The notes beneath the pieces were generated by a model, which did not search any database, was not told the origin of the DNA, and saw only the letters and a list, made by a program, of their open reading frames with translations. The position numbers and the translations under genes were made by a program. A DNA stretch of 64,000 nt from a virus. This document shows positions 37,763 through 47,601 of this stretch, in pieces (the first letter of the stretch is position 1; every line of letters starts with the position of its first letter). The stretch is taken from IMG/VR virus record IMGVR_UViG_3300032246_001892, positions 27,287-91,286 of that record. One strand, 5' to 3'.

Positions 37763-38299
37763 TTATACTACCTTAATACCATTTTCAATAAATTCTTTCA
37801 CTTCATCATCAATGATCGGATTACCTTCATGAAGGATATCGGAAACAATCTTATATAAATCAAAAACTTTACGCTCAAAGAAATTTGTAGCTTTCTCAAA
37901 TCCAAGAGTATCAATCCAGCAATTCATTTGTGGATATTGTGGAGCTGCATGAAAGATACACCCATTATGAAAATTACCAATCCAGCAAAGAAGAAAGATG
38001 GCTCCTTTAAGCTCTTTATCTTTAACCATATATTCAAAGAATACAGCCCTTTCCTCCGGAGCCTTACCCACATAACGATTTAATTTAGTAATATATTCTC
38101 CATCTAAAAAGATAATAGAACGACCTTTAGATGTGGTATGATCCTTTAATGCTTTAACATTATTATCATTCATATACACCTTACGCAAAGTAGGCCATTT
38201 TACATTTACACCCCTTGTAGAGAAGAATGGCGACTGCGGTAAAGGCTGTCGATTCATGGATACTTTTTTATTTTGACGAAGGTCTAATGCATTACTCAT
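37763..38299 (-). CDS. hypothetical protein
   Basis: 178-aa ORF with TTGGGT-N17-TACTAT upstream. Confidence 0.55.
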   Translation of the reverse strand: MSNALDLRQNKKVSMNRQPLPQSPFFSTRGVNVKWPTLRKVYMNDNNVKALKDHTTSKGRSIIFLDGEYITKLNRYVGKAPEERAVFFEYMVKDKELKGAIFLLCWIGNFHNGCIFHAAPQYPQMNCWIDTLGFEKATNFFERKVFDLYKIVSDILHEGNPIIDDEVKEFIENGIKVV

Positions 38300-38370
38300 A
38301 CATTAATAGTATGATATAATAAGAGGAAACCCAAGGAAATAAAAGGCTTCATAGTCGGATAAGTAGTTCT

Positions 38371-39267
38371 ATGAATAACATTTTTAATGATACTAAATAT
38401 ACTAAATGGTACTTTGATTTAATAAATCAAAGAAAGCAAAAACCCTTGCAAGGTAATATATACACAGAAACACATCATATTTTACCACGTAAATTAGGCG
38501 GTGGAGATAATTTTGAAAATTTAATAAAATTAACGGCAAGAGAACATTTTATAACTCATTTATTATTAACAAAAATGACAAATGGAATTAATAAAAAATA
38601 TATGTTTCATGCTTTAAATTTAATGGCATATACAAGGAATTTAAAAATAAATTCAAAAACATATTCTTATATTAAAGAAAACTATTCAAAAGAAAATAAA
38701 GGTAATAAAAATATAATGTTTGGTAAAAAAGGATTAAATCTCCCTGCATATGGTTATAAACACACAAAAGAACATAAAAAATATATTTCAAATAAACTTA
38801 AAGGTCGTAAACACAGTAAAGAAGCAAAAGAGAAAATGACTAGAGCGGCTATGAATAGAAAAATAACTGAACAAACTAAAGAAAAAATTTCAAAAGCTAA
38901 TAGTGGAATTAATAATCCTATGTATGACAAAAAACATACATTAGAAACTAAACATAAAATGAAAAAAAATCATGCTAATTTTGAAGGAATTAATAATCCT
39001 ATGTTTGGAAAATCATATTGGAAAGGAAAACAACATTGTAACGATACTATTTTAAAATGTAAACTTAAAGGTTACAAGTTATCTCACATATATGATGTTT
39101 ACTCTAATGAAGATATATTTTTTTACGGAAATTTATGTGATTTTTGTGCTTCCTTAAATTGTAGAGCTGGGGTATTACAGCGTACTTTAAAAACTCAAAA
39201 ACCAATAACTAGAGGCCCTTTAAAAAATTTAATATTAAAGGGTTATTATCCTTTGATCGGGGTTTAA
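38371..39267 (+). CDS. HNH homing endonuclease with NUMOD3-like repeats
   Basis: ETHHILPRKLGG...LTAREHFITH; repeats KHTKEHK, KHSKEAK, NPMYDKKHTLETK, NPMFGK; ATAAGTA upstream. Confidence 0.88.
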   Translation: MNNIFNDTKYTKWYFDLINQRKQKPLQGNIYTETHHILPRKLGGGDNFENLIKLTAREHFITHLLLTKMTNGINKKYMFHALNLMAYTRNLKINSKTYSYIKENYSKENKGNKNIMFGKKGLNLPAYGYKHTKEHKKYISNKLKGRKHSKEAKEKMTRAAMNRKITEQTKEKISKANSGINNPMYDKKHTLETKHKMKKNHANFEGINNPMFGKSYWKGKQHCNDTILKCKLKGYKLSHIYDVYSNEDIFFYGNLCDFCASLNCRAGVLQRTLKTQKPITRGPLKNLILKGYYPLIGV

Positions 39268-40551
39268 GTCTATTAAACCCGAATTACTAGCATTTCTTTC
39301 TTTTGAACCCCATTCTGTAAAGTATAAATCATAATATTTTTGTATATGGTCTTCTAACCACAACCCTTCTGCAAACTTTCTACTCTTAGCAGATAAATTC
39401 ATATACCTATCAAAGTCTGAAGTTATATATTCTAATTTATTAATAAGATCCCCACCAGTTTTGAATGGGTTATCTGCTCCTTCATAGGTGCAAATGTCTT
39501 GATAGGTTCCAGGCATACCAAAAGCCCCTGCTTCAACCATCTTGATATTACTCTTAGAACGGTTGAATACATTGTCCTGTAGAGGAGCAAATGCTACGTT
39601 ACAGTTAGTATCGTATATTCCTTGAGGGAAATCTGGTAATGCAGACCAATCTATGTATTCCATTTCACCGTTATCTATATAAGGTTTAACAGCTAAAGGA
39701 TAACATCCCTTCCAAACAAATTTAAATTTCTTACGAGCCTTGATAATATCCTGCACTACGTGCGCAAAATCATCATTCATTCCAGTTCTATTAGCAACAT
39801 CGATATGTGTGCCTGATCCTGCATAAAGAACTCTTGGACGCTTTTTATGCTTATCATAAAGTTCTTCGACCCTATTTTTATTATAAAACCGATCTAACCA
39901 GAATTTAGGAGGGTAGTTAGGAATAACTGTAACATTTTTATTACCAGTCTTGTTAATATAGTAATCCTTCATGTATTGACAAGTAACCGTCACCTCATCC
40001 ATGGAGCTCATTATATCTAGAATACTCTTTACGATGTTTTCATCTACGAATGCATCCTTACAGCGGTTATAATCTGGGATATCATCCTTGAATACAATGT
40101 CATCAACCTCATAAAGAAGTCGGAATCCCATATCTTTCTTAACCTTTGTAAGTTCTTTTACAAAAGCATTCTGAATGGGTGTAGCCTGGCGCTGTAAACG
40201 AATTGCTTTTAGGTTTTGGTAAAACCTAATATCCATTACCATTGCAGTTAATCCTGAAATACAAGCTTTTTGATATTGATTAAGAGCAAACTCTGGCCAA
40301 ATCATTCTCCAAAAACCACAACCTCCATAATCTGCATAATAATTTAAGGCTCGTGGTAAAGACGCTTCAGCCATCTCAACGGGAGGAGGCTGAGGAACAC
40401 TAATGGGATTAGATGCTACGTATGAATATTGAGGAACTCCAGCAGGGATTCCAGCTGGGGCTAAAGGCAATCCAGAATTAAGGGCTTTGTATTCATATAC
40501 AATTCTATTGGAGTCTGCCGTTGAGGGAGTATCTTTGATTTTTAAAGCCAT
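39235..40551 (-). CDS. GT-B fold glycosyltransferase
   Basis: GCGFWRMIWP, YEVDD, VIPN, APLQDNVFNRSKSNIKMVEAG. Confidence 0.8.
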   Translation of the reverse strand: MALKIKDTPSTADSNRIVYEYKALNSGLPLAPAGIPAGVPQYSYVASNPISVPQPPPVEMAEASLPRALNYYADYGGCGFWRMIWPEFALNQYQKACISGLTAMVMDIRFYQNLKAIRLQRQATPIQNAFVKELTKVKKDMGFRLLYEVDDIVFKDDIPDYNRCKDAFVDENIVKSILDIMSSMDEVTVTCQYMKDYYINKTGNKNVTVIPNYPPKFWLDRFYNKNRVEELYDKHKKRPRVLYAGSGTHIDVANRTGMNDDFAHVVQDIIKARKKFKFVWKGCYPLAVKPYIDNGEMEYIDWSALPDFPQGIYDTNCNVAFAPLQDNVFNRSKSNIKMVEAGAFGMPGTYQDICTYEGADNPFKTGGDLINKLEYITSDFDRYMNLSAKSRKFAEGLWLEDHIQKYYDLYFTEWGSKERNASNSGLIDLNPDQRIITL

Positions 40552-40583
40552 ATAACAATTTACAAAACTAAATCAAAAGTCAA

Positions 40584-41348
40584 TCAGACCCTTAAGGCTT
40601 TATTCCAAATCACAAGCTGTAATCTAGGACTAAAATTGACGTGTAATGCTTTAGCATACTCCGCAACCGCTGCTGATCTCTCTGTGTGTTCTGATCTCGA
40701 ACCACAGCAAGGCATAAACCAAATTCTATTAAGAGGTATATTGATACCAGCTTCATCCTTTACATATTTTCTCCAAATCTCTTCTATATCTTTATCAGAG
40801 TTAATGACAAATTTAAATCCAGAATTATATTTCACATGCCATTTAAGAATCTCTGGCTTATAGGTCTTCTCCTCAGGATCACCATTTGTAGTAAGCTTAG
40901 GAGAGGTTGTAAATGTTGCTCCCAACGAAATCCAATCTTCACTAGGTTTCAAAGTAGCATTGGTTTCAAAATCAATAATAGGAATGAATTTATACTTGTC
41001 AGAGAATGCTTTGACAAATTTAAGAAGCTGCTTCTCTTGAATAAGAGGTTCACCTCCTGTAAGCTTAAGAATAGCATTGTTTTTAAGATGTTCGATATAG
41101 TTATTATCTTCCATAAGCTGAAAGATCTGATTGAAAGTCATCTTATTCTTTACAGACCAAGAGACAAAAGAATCACATCCATTAGGAGAGTCTACTGAAG
41201 CAAATCCTATACAGGTTAAATTACACATAGACATTCTCATGAATACAGAAGGCTTACCAATATATTCTCCCTCACCTTCTATGGTGTAGAATACTTTGTC
41301 ATCTGAAAGGAATAAGGTTTCTGTATTTGAATCTATTTTGGTTGTCAT
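40584..41348 (-). CDS. queE: 7-carboxy-7-deazaguanine synthase (radical SAM)
   Basis: FYTIEGEG...G.PSVFMR..CNLTC...CDS, LTGGEP, ETNAT, TSPKL, FSPRLQ. Confidence 0.88.
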   Translation of the reverse strand: MTTKIDSNTETLFLSDDKVFYTIEGEGEYIGKPSVFMRMSMCNLTCIGFASVDSPNGCDSFVSWSVKNKMTFNQIFQLMEDNNYIEHLKNNAILKLTGGEPLIQEKQLLKFVKAFSDKYKFIPIIDFETNATLKPSEDWISLGATFTTSPKLTTNGDPEEKTYKPEILKWHVKYNSGFKFVINSDKDIEEIWRKYVKDEAGINIPLNRIWFMPCCGSRSEHTERSAAVAEYAKALHVNFSPRLQLVIWNKALRV

Positions 41349-41354
41349 TGTTAT

Positions 41355-41383
41355 ATTTTATATTAATGTTGTGTATAAATCAA
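41355..41383 (-). promoter_or_regulatory. sigma70-like promoter of queE
   Basis: TTGATT-N17-TAAAAT, 6 nt before the ATG. Confidence 0.6.
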
Positions 41384-41433
41384 CCTAACATTATTTGTGT
41401 TTTGCGGAGGGGAGCGAGATAAATATTGATATC

Positions 41434-42087
41434 ATGGAAAAACTAACAAGCAATATGAAAGAATATCAAAGAAATTGGCGAAATAAAAATAGAGATAAAC
41501 TTAAAAGCAAAAAAGCCGCTTATCATATTGAAAACAAAGAACAAATTAATGCATATCATAGGAAAAAACATGAAGAAAATAAAGAAAAAGAAAATTTAAG
41601 AAGGAGAAAATATTATCAAAAGAATAAAGAAAAATGTTTAAAACATATTAAAGTATATAGTTTAAATAATAAAGAACATCTTAAATTAAAACAAAAAGAA
41701 TATTATATTAAAAATAAGGAGAAAATTGTAACCAGGTGTACAAAATACCAGAATAAAAAATATAAAACTGATAAATCTTATCGCATTAGTCAGTTATTAA
41801 GAGGGAGGATAGCCAGCGCTTTAAGAAGTACCAATACAAGAAAGTTTAATAAAAGTATGCAATTATTGGGATGTTCTCTTGAAGAATTTAAAAATCATTT
41901 AGAGTCTCAATTTAAAGGAGAAATGAATTGGAACAATCAAGGATATTATGGTTGGCATATAGATCATATAATTCCATGTTCTTCATTTAATTTAACTAAA
42001 AAAGAAGATCAAAAAAAATGTTTTCATTATACAAATCTTCAACCTTTATGGTGGACTGAAAATTTACAAAAGAGTGATAATTTATAA
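41434..42087 (+). CDS. HNH endonuclease with basic repeat N-terminus
   Basis: LLGCS, WHIDHIIPCSSF, CFHYTNLQPLW..ENLQKS; start reassigned to ATG 41434 after ATAAATA. Confidence 0.85.
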   Translation: MEKLTSNMKEYQRNWRNKNRDKLKSKKAAYHIENKEQINAYHRKKHEENKEKENLRRRKYYQKNKEKCLKHIKVYSLNNKEHLKLKQKEYYIKNKEKIVTRCTKYQNKKYKTDKSYRISQLLRGRIASALRSTNTRKFNKSMQLLGCSLEEFKNHLESQFKGEMNWNNQGYYGWHIDHIIPCSSFNLTKKEDQKKCFHYTNLQPLWWTENLQKSDNL

Positions 42088-43896
42088 TTTTTTAATATTT
42101 GTAACTCCTTTATTTTTTTCTAAAAATATACAGTTATCTATGTTTGAATTTTTATATATATGAGTGTTATGACTTACAATATATATTGATTCATTATATT
42201 CTGAAACTCTATCCCTTAAAATTTCAAGAACTTTTTCTATACCTTTTTCATCTACAGCCGAATCAAATAATTCATCATACATACTCAAAGAAAAGGATGA
42301 ACCTGTTTGTATTCTTAATAAATCTTGAAACATGAAGAGGACTGCTAAATTTATTCTTAAACGTTCACCACCACTAAAATTAAAATAGGAACACTCTTTC
42401 CCTGAATCATTATATATGACTTCCTCAAACATTTCATTGAATTCACATTTACAAGGAGCTTCAAGGGTTTGCAAATAATAGTTCAATCTCGAATTGAGAA
42501 GACTTAACATTTTTTTAATAATATAGGTTTTCACACCTTCTTCAGATACCACAAATTTTGCAGAATCTAAAATTGTCATTCTTTTCTGAATGTCTTCTAT
42601 TTTAGATTCTGATTCCTTTATTTCATCTTCAATACCTTTTATTAAATCCAATACACCATCTTTTTCATTTCTTAAATCTTTTATCTCTTGAGAAATTTCT
42701 TCATTCCTTACTGAAAGCTGACTCAATTCTTGAGCTGATAAGTTTAAGTTATTTTTTTCTTTTTCTGCATTTTTGATTTTTTGTTTAGTAAGAGATATAG
42801 CATTATTAATTTTAGATTCTTTATCTGTATAATCTTTCAAATTCTGAGATAATGGTCCTATCTTCTCATTTAGTGGATTCAAACTTAAATCAATGTCTTT
42901 TAGACTCTCCTCTAAATTAAGACTTTCATCATATTTTCGTTTGCAAGTGGGACAAGATATTCCTTTTTGTAAATTAATTTTTTGTTTCTCTAATTGATTA
43001 ATCTCATATCTAGTCTGTAATACTTCACTATTAGTATTGAACATTAATTCTTTAACCTTTTTTAAACCTTCTTCAAGAGCATTTAAATCTTTTTCTTTAG
43101 TGGAGATATCAGAATTTATATTCTCAATTTTAACTTCCAATAAATCGCCACCCAAAGTATCTTTGATTTTTTGAAGATTATTTTCAATCTTTTCCTTTAA
43201 AAGAAGAATCTTAGTTTTTTTATTCTCTTCATTCTTTTCAATTTGATTCTCATAAAGTTTTAAATTCCTTTGCTGATCAATGAATTTAGAGGCTGTTAGG
43301 TCATTATCCTTTTTGACTTCATTATAATCCGCTCTTGCTTGAAGCAACATTTGACCAAATATTCCAAGGTTTAAAATACCTTCAACAAATTTTCTTTTAT
43401 CAATCTTCTTCTGAGCCATAAAAGGGGTTGTGTTATTTGCTGTCATAATAACGGCATTTTGAAACACTTCCTCATTAGCTCCTATCAATTCTTTAATATA
43501 TTCATCTGTCTTTGGCATAGAAGACAATGACAGATCAATCTCTTTCTCGTCCGAGATAGTTTCAAGAATAACTTTACTAGGTTCAAGTGTTCTTGTTATT
43601 CTATAAAAAGTTTTATTAATACCGTCCTCTATATTGAAATGCAGTATTACTTCACATCCTTTTTTGACTTGATTATGAATGACCTTATCTTTTTTGATGT
43701 CTCTCATAGTTGAGCCGAACAAACACCAGAATAAAGATTCAACTATGGTACTTTTACCTACACCATTTCTCCCACCTTTATCTCGATTTTCCCCGGTTAT
43801 CAGATTTATACCAGAATTAAAGGTTAAATCTATCCCAGGATCTCCTACAGATAGGAAATTTTTAATAGATATATTTGAAAAATAGACTTTCTTCAC
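42082..43896 (-). CDS. gp46: recombination endonuclease ATPase subunit (gp46/SbcC/Rad50)
   Basis: KNFLSVG, NGVGKST, CPTC hook, FSGGE, YDELFD, IVSH. Confidence 0.93.
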   Translation of the reverse strand: MKKVYFSNISIKNFLSVGDPGIDLTFNSGINLITGENRDKGGRNGVGKSTIVESLFWCLFGSTMRDIKKDKVIHNQVKKGCEVILHFNIEDGINKTFYRITRTLEPSKVILETISDEKEIDLSLSSMPKTDEYIKELIGANEEVFQNAVIMTANNTTPFMAQKKIDKRKFVEGILNLGIFGQMLLQARADYNEVKKDNDLTASKFIDQQRNLKLYENQIEKNEENKKTKILLLKEKIENNLQKIKDTLGGDLLEVKIENINSDISTKEKDLNALEEGLKKVKELMFNTNSEVLQTRYEINQLEKQKINLQKGISCPTCKRKYDESLNLEESLKDIDLSLNPLNEKIGPLSQNLKDYTDKESKINNAISLTKQKIKNAEKEKNNLNLSAQELSQLSVRNEEISQEIKDLRNEKDGVLDLIKGIEDEIKESESKIEDIQKRMTILDSAKFVVSEEGVKTYIIKKMLSLLNSRLNYYLQTLEAPCKCEFNEMFEEVIYNDSGKECSYFNFSGGERLRINLAVLFMFQDLLRIQTGSSFSLSMYDELFDSAVDEKGIEKVLEILRDRVSEYNESIYIVSHNTHIYKNSNIDNCIFLEKNKGVTNIKKL

Positions 43897-43931
43897 CCTT
43901 TAATTTTAAAGGGTTTCAATACTAAATCAAG

Positions 43932-44720
43932 CTATATATAAAATTTTATATTATCAAACCAATTACCGGTTGTTATATTGAACAAATCCTTTTTGAATTT
44001 ATAAGCCATTGCATAGATTGCTTGATCATCATTGCAAGCATTGGCTTTTAAAAATTCTTCTATTATAAAAAAACATATATTTTTAAACTCTAATAGAGGT
44101 TTACTTCTTCCTGCAAACATAGAACCGGTTATACTAACTCTCGGATCCGTATATGTTTTTAATCCTATTTCTTTTTCATTACAAAGAGATAAAAAATGTA
44201 CTTTATTATCATCAAGTATCTTTATCTTTTCGTTATCTGGGTATATTTTACCTAATAGCTCTGCTGGGAAATTATTATGACTATATCCAGCATCTATCCA
44301 CATGAAATAATCTGAATTAAAATAATTCTGTTCAATTACTTCAGATACAAAACTTACTTTATTAAAATTAATTGCATTGTATTCTGGATATAATGATTCT
44401 GGTGTATGACTCTCTATTAGTCGTTGCTTAAAATCCTGGCTTCCCATTACTTGTCTCATTACCGGCAAGTACTTTTTGATTACTTCTAATTCTTCAAATT
44501 TTTTTACTATGATTTTGGTTTTTGAAAGCTCTGGGTCTATATGTTTTCTTATATCTTCAACGGTCTTTAAATCTCTTTCATCTATATAAATGACAAAATT
44601 TGCATTTAAGGACAATATATTTTTAAAATATGAGAGATATTCTTCATGAGATCTTTTAAAGATATTATTCCACTCACCTCTTCCTATATCAAATAAAGCT
44701 GTAACTAATGTAGTGCTCAT
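43932..44720 (-). CDS. HtrL/WlaTC-like glycosyltransferase
   Basis: TTLVTALFDIGR, WIDAG, GSMFAG, DDQ. Confidence 0.7.
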   Translation of the reverse strand: MSTTLVTALFDIGRGEWNNIFKRSHEEYLSYFKNILSLNANFVIYIDERDLKTVEDIRKHIDPELSKTKIIVKKFEELEVIKKYLPVMRQVMGSQDFKQRLIESHTPESLYPEYNAINFNKVSFVSEVIEQNYFNSDYFMWIDAGYSHNNFPAELLGKIYPDNEKIKILDDNKVHFLSLCNEKEIGLKTYTDPRVSITGSMFAGRSKPLLEFKNICFFIIEEFLKANACNDDQAIYAMAYKFKKDLFNITTGNWFDNIKFYI

Positions 44721-45448
44721 TTATAATATTTTTTATAATGATGAAGTATATCATAGTCTTCTTTCAAATGCAAATATTCATAAGAAGATGGATTTCTAAA
44801 TTCGTAAAGTCTCGAATTGACAGAATTTATTTTACCGCAGTAAAGATATAATAAATTTAAAGAATAATCCGGCCACCCAATAATAGATTGTACTTTATTT
44901 TGTATAAAATCAAAATGATTATTATAGAAATGCAAAAAATCTTCATAATTCTGAATAAAGGTTTTTGTATTAAAAATACAACCTCCACCAGCCGCATACC
45001 AATTGTTGAGTATATTGTCACAGTTTAAAAGATTCATGACATATGGATGTATTATATTGCCTTTATCTCCATTGTAAAATGTATCAGATTGCTGTGTTGC
45101 TAACATTTCATCTTCCACTCTAAAAGATATATCATTTATAATATGTACATCATCTTCCATTAATATAAGATGACTGCTGTTGCTTAATGTGCAAGCATTA
45201 TATATCCGTTTAAGATATTCTGTAATACCATCTTTATTATAACCAAAGTGGTTATTGGGATATCCTAATCTTATATCCGAATGAATGTAAGCACAATTAT
45301 ATTTCAATGCTAAATCATTATGATCTGCACCTCCATCACCTATTAAAATATAATAATTGTCGGGATAGTAATTTCGAAAACTCTTTATTGCTTCTTCTGT
45401 AGCTTGTTTATTATCATAAACAAAGTGTATAGCACCTAATCTTTTCAT
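44717..45448 (-). CDS. GT-A fold glycosyltransferase
   Basis: IGDGG, ILMEDDV, GGG, WPD. Confidence 0.65.
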   Translation of the reverse strand: MKRLGAIHFVYDNKQATEEAIKSFRNYYPDNYYILIGDGGADHNDLALKYNCAYIHSDIRLGYPNNHFGYNKDGITEYLKRIYNACTLSNSSHLILMEDDVHIINDISFRVEDEMLATQQSDTFYNGDKGNIIHPYVMNLLNCDNILNNWYAAGGGCIFNTKTFIQNYEDFLHFYNNHFDFIQNKVQSIIGWPDYSLNLLYLYCGKINSVNSRLYEFRNPSSYEYLHLKEDYDILHHYKKYYK

Positions 45449-45450
45449 CT

Positions 45451-46176
45451 TTAAAAGGAATCATTATATAGTACTTTAGCATGAAGACTGTTAGTATCAT
45501 TAACGTAATTGTTGGACAGGTGATATACTTTACACCCTTCATGAGGCAAATTATTAATTTCTGGTATTAATGCTCGATGGTTATTAATAAATCCTCTTGC
45601 TGCTTCTTCTCTCATAATATCACTATAAGAAGAATTTAAAAAATTGGGTGTCTCTATAAATTTTTTAAAATAATCTTTATCGTATAACCAGAATCCCCAA
45701 TATTTTCTATCAAATACAATATATCGATCTTCTTTGATAGTAACTCTTCCTCTATTTTTTTCTCCTGCTAGTAAGTCTGTTACATACTCTGAACCATTAT
45801 TAGTTTCTATACGAAGATATCCGAGATCAAAATTATTATCTTTTAAATATCTAAAATATTGATTCCAATACAAAAAATTATTGTCTGTAAATAATATATC
45901 ATCTTCCAAATACATAAAAGCATCATAAAGATCAGCTTGAGATTTTACTAAATTTCGATGTAAGTGAGATAAGGTATACGGATGTTTGTTTTCCAGGTCA
46001 TGGAAAACAACTTTAGCCTCTTCCAATTCAAAATATTGATTGGAATGTACAAATACGTCTTTATTTTTTATACTGGCTATATCATTAATACTTTTTACTA
46101 CTTTATTTAAAGTGGCAATTCTTTCTTCTTTATAAAAGAAGCTTATGTGACAGCTTAATGAATCCAGTATATACAT
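45451..46176 (-). CDS. GT-A fold glycosyltransferase-like protein
   Basis: YDAFMYLEDDI, YWGFWL, VYHLSNNY. Confidence 0.6.
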   Translation of the reverse strand: MYILDSLSCHISFFYKEERIATLNKVVKSINDIASIKNKDVFVHSNQYFELEEAKVVFHDLENKHPYTLSHLHRNLVKSQADLYDAFMYLEDDILFTDNNFLYWNQYFRYLKDNNFDLGYLRIETNNGSEYVTDLLAGEKNRGRVTIKEDRYIVFDRKYWGFWLYDKDYFKKFIETPNFLNSSYSDIMREEAARGFINNHRALIPEINNLPHEGCKVYHLSNNYVNDTNSLHAKVLYNDSF

Positions 46177-47597
46177 TATACTCTTTGCAAGACAGTGAGA
46201 CCGTTGTTATTAGTATAGGTCTCTTTTTCTTTCCATTCTGGATGATCTTTTAGAAATTCTGATATAGCTGGACACAACCCTGGACCATTACCAAATTCAT
46301 CTCTATTTCCAAATGAGATAGTATCATGGAAAATAATATACTTGTTTGCTTTAGAGGATTGAATTTTTAATTCTTCTTTAAGCATTGCATAATCATGTAA
46401 AGTATCAATGAACAATAAATCACATTCTGGTAATTCTACCTCACGGCTATCACCGAGGATAAACTTAAAATCTATATTATCTGTTTCAGCTGCCTTTAAT
46501 ATGACATTAAAATCTATACCTCTTTCTGAAGGGTGTAAAATATCTACAGTAATAAAGGTTTTTGGTTTACCGGCAATAAATGCCCATGTAGAAACAGTTT
46601 GACCTGTTCCTAATTCAACTATCGTGTTACATTCTTCAGCATATCTTTTTAAAGTAGGAAGATGTTCATTAATATCTGAGGGATTTGATGTTAATTGATC
46701 AAATTTTTCTTGTGTGTTCATATTTTTTTTCTCTATAAAATTATAAATTAGATCTTTATAAAAATCAATGGGATAATTTAGGTAGGATTGTATAACAAAA
46801 AAATGATTTCTTTTTTCGTCTAAAGATTTCTGGATTCTATTTCTAAAATCATCTTTATTTAAAGAAGGTTCTAGAATGTTAATATCTTTATAAGGATCCC
46901 AAAGTTTATTTCCTTCCGTGGTATAATATTTATTGTTTCCAGATTTTAATAAAGAAATCCAATAACTACAAAATTCCGTTGCATTAAAATTTTCAAAACA
47001 TAATTCCCATTCTTTCGTGTTATGAATTTTTTTAATAGTTTTTACTAGATCTCCTACGTAATCTCTCTTTAAGAGTTGTGGGGTCACACCCATATTATGA
47101 GGGGAATTTTTAATATCATTTAAATCATATTGGAGTAATTCACATGATCTTTCCCACCACACAGTGTTCGTGCTGAACGTTGAGCTATTATCTGGCCAAC
47201 CTTCATATGAATATATTACTTTTCCTTCATTAAAAAAATCTTTATATGATAATGGTTTAATTAAAAATAAATCATCATCTAGTACGAGATAGTATTCTGT
47301 ATCTACAAAACGAGCTGCAGATATTTTTATAATTTGCTGTTTATACCATCCCCTACAATTTATAACGCTTTCTGGTAAGAAACTTTCTTCAGATATTACT
47401 ATTATATTTAAATCATAATTGCTCGTCTTGTCTTTTATAGATTCAACGTAATCAGATTTACATACGATAATAAATTTAGATATCTCTTCTTTGTTGAGAA
47501 AAGAATTGTAAAGGGAAAAATTTAGATCACAAAAAATATCAAAATTCTCTTTAGGAAAAACTGGCAATACTATGCAATATTTTCCTTCCTTCGTCAT
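46176..47597 (-). CDS. fusion: glycosyltransferase-like domain + class I SAM methyltransferase
   Basis: N-domain GWYKQQIIK, VLDDD; C-domain SDINEHL, VELG, LFIDTLH, IIFHDT, NNNGL. Confidence 0.72.
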   Translation of the reverse strand: MTKEGKYCIVLPVFPKENFDIFCDLNFSLYNSFLNKEEISKFIIVCKSDYVESIKDKTSNYDLNIIVISEESFLPESVINCRGWYKQQIIKISAARFVDTEYYLVLDDDLFLIKPLSYKDFFNEGKVIYSYEGWPDNSSTFSTNTVWWERSCELLQYDLNDIKNSPHNMGVTPQLLKRDYVGDLVKTIKKIHNTKEWELCFENFNATEFCSYWISLLKSGNNKYYTTEGNKLWDPYKDINILEPSLNKDDFRNRIQKSLDEKRNHFFVIQSYLNYPIDFYKDLIYNFIEKKNMNTQEKFDQLTSNPSDINEHLPTLKRYAEECNTIVELGTGQTVSTWAFIAGKPKTFITVDILHPSERGIDFNVILKAAETDNIDFKFILGDSREVELPECDLLFIDTLHDYAMLKEELKIQSSKANKYIIFHDTISFGNRDEFGNGPGLCPAISEFLKDHPEWKEKETYTNNNGLTVLQRV

Positions 47598-47601
47598 ATT
47601 G

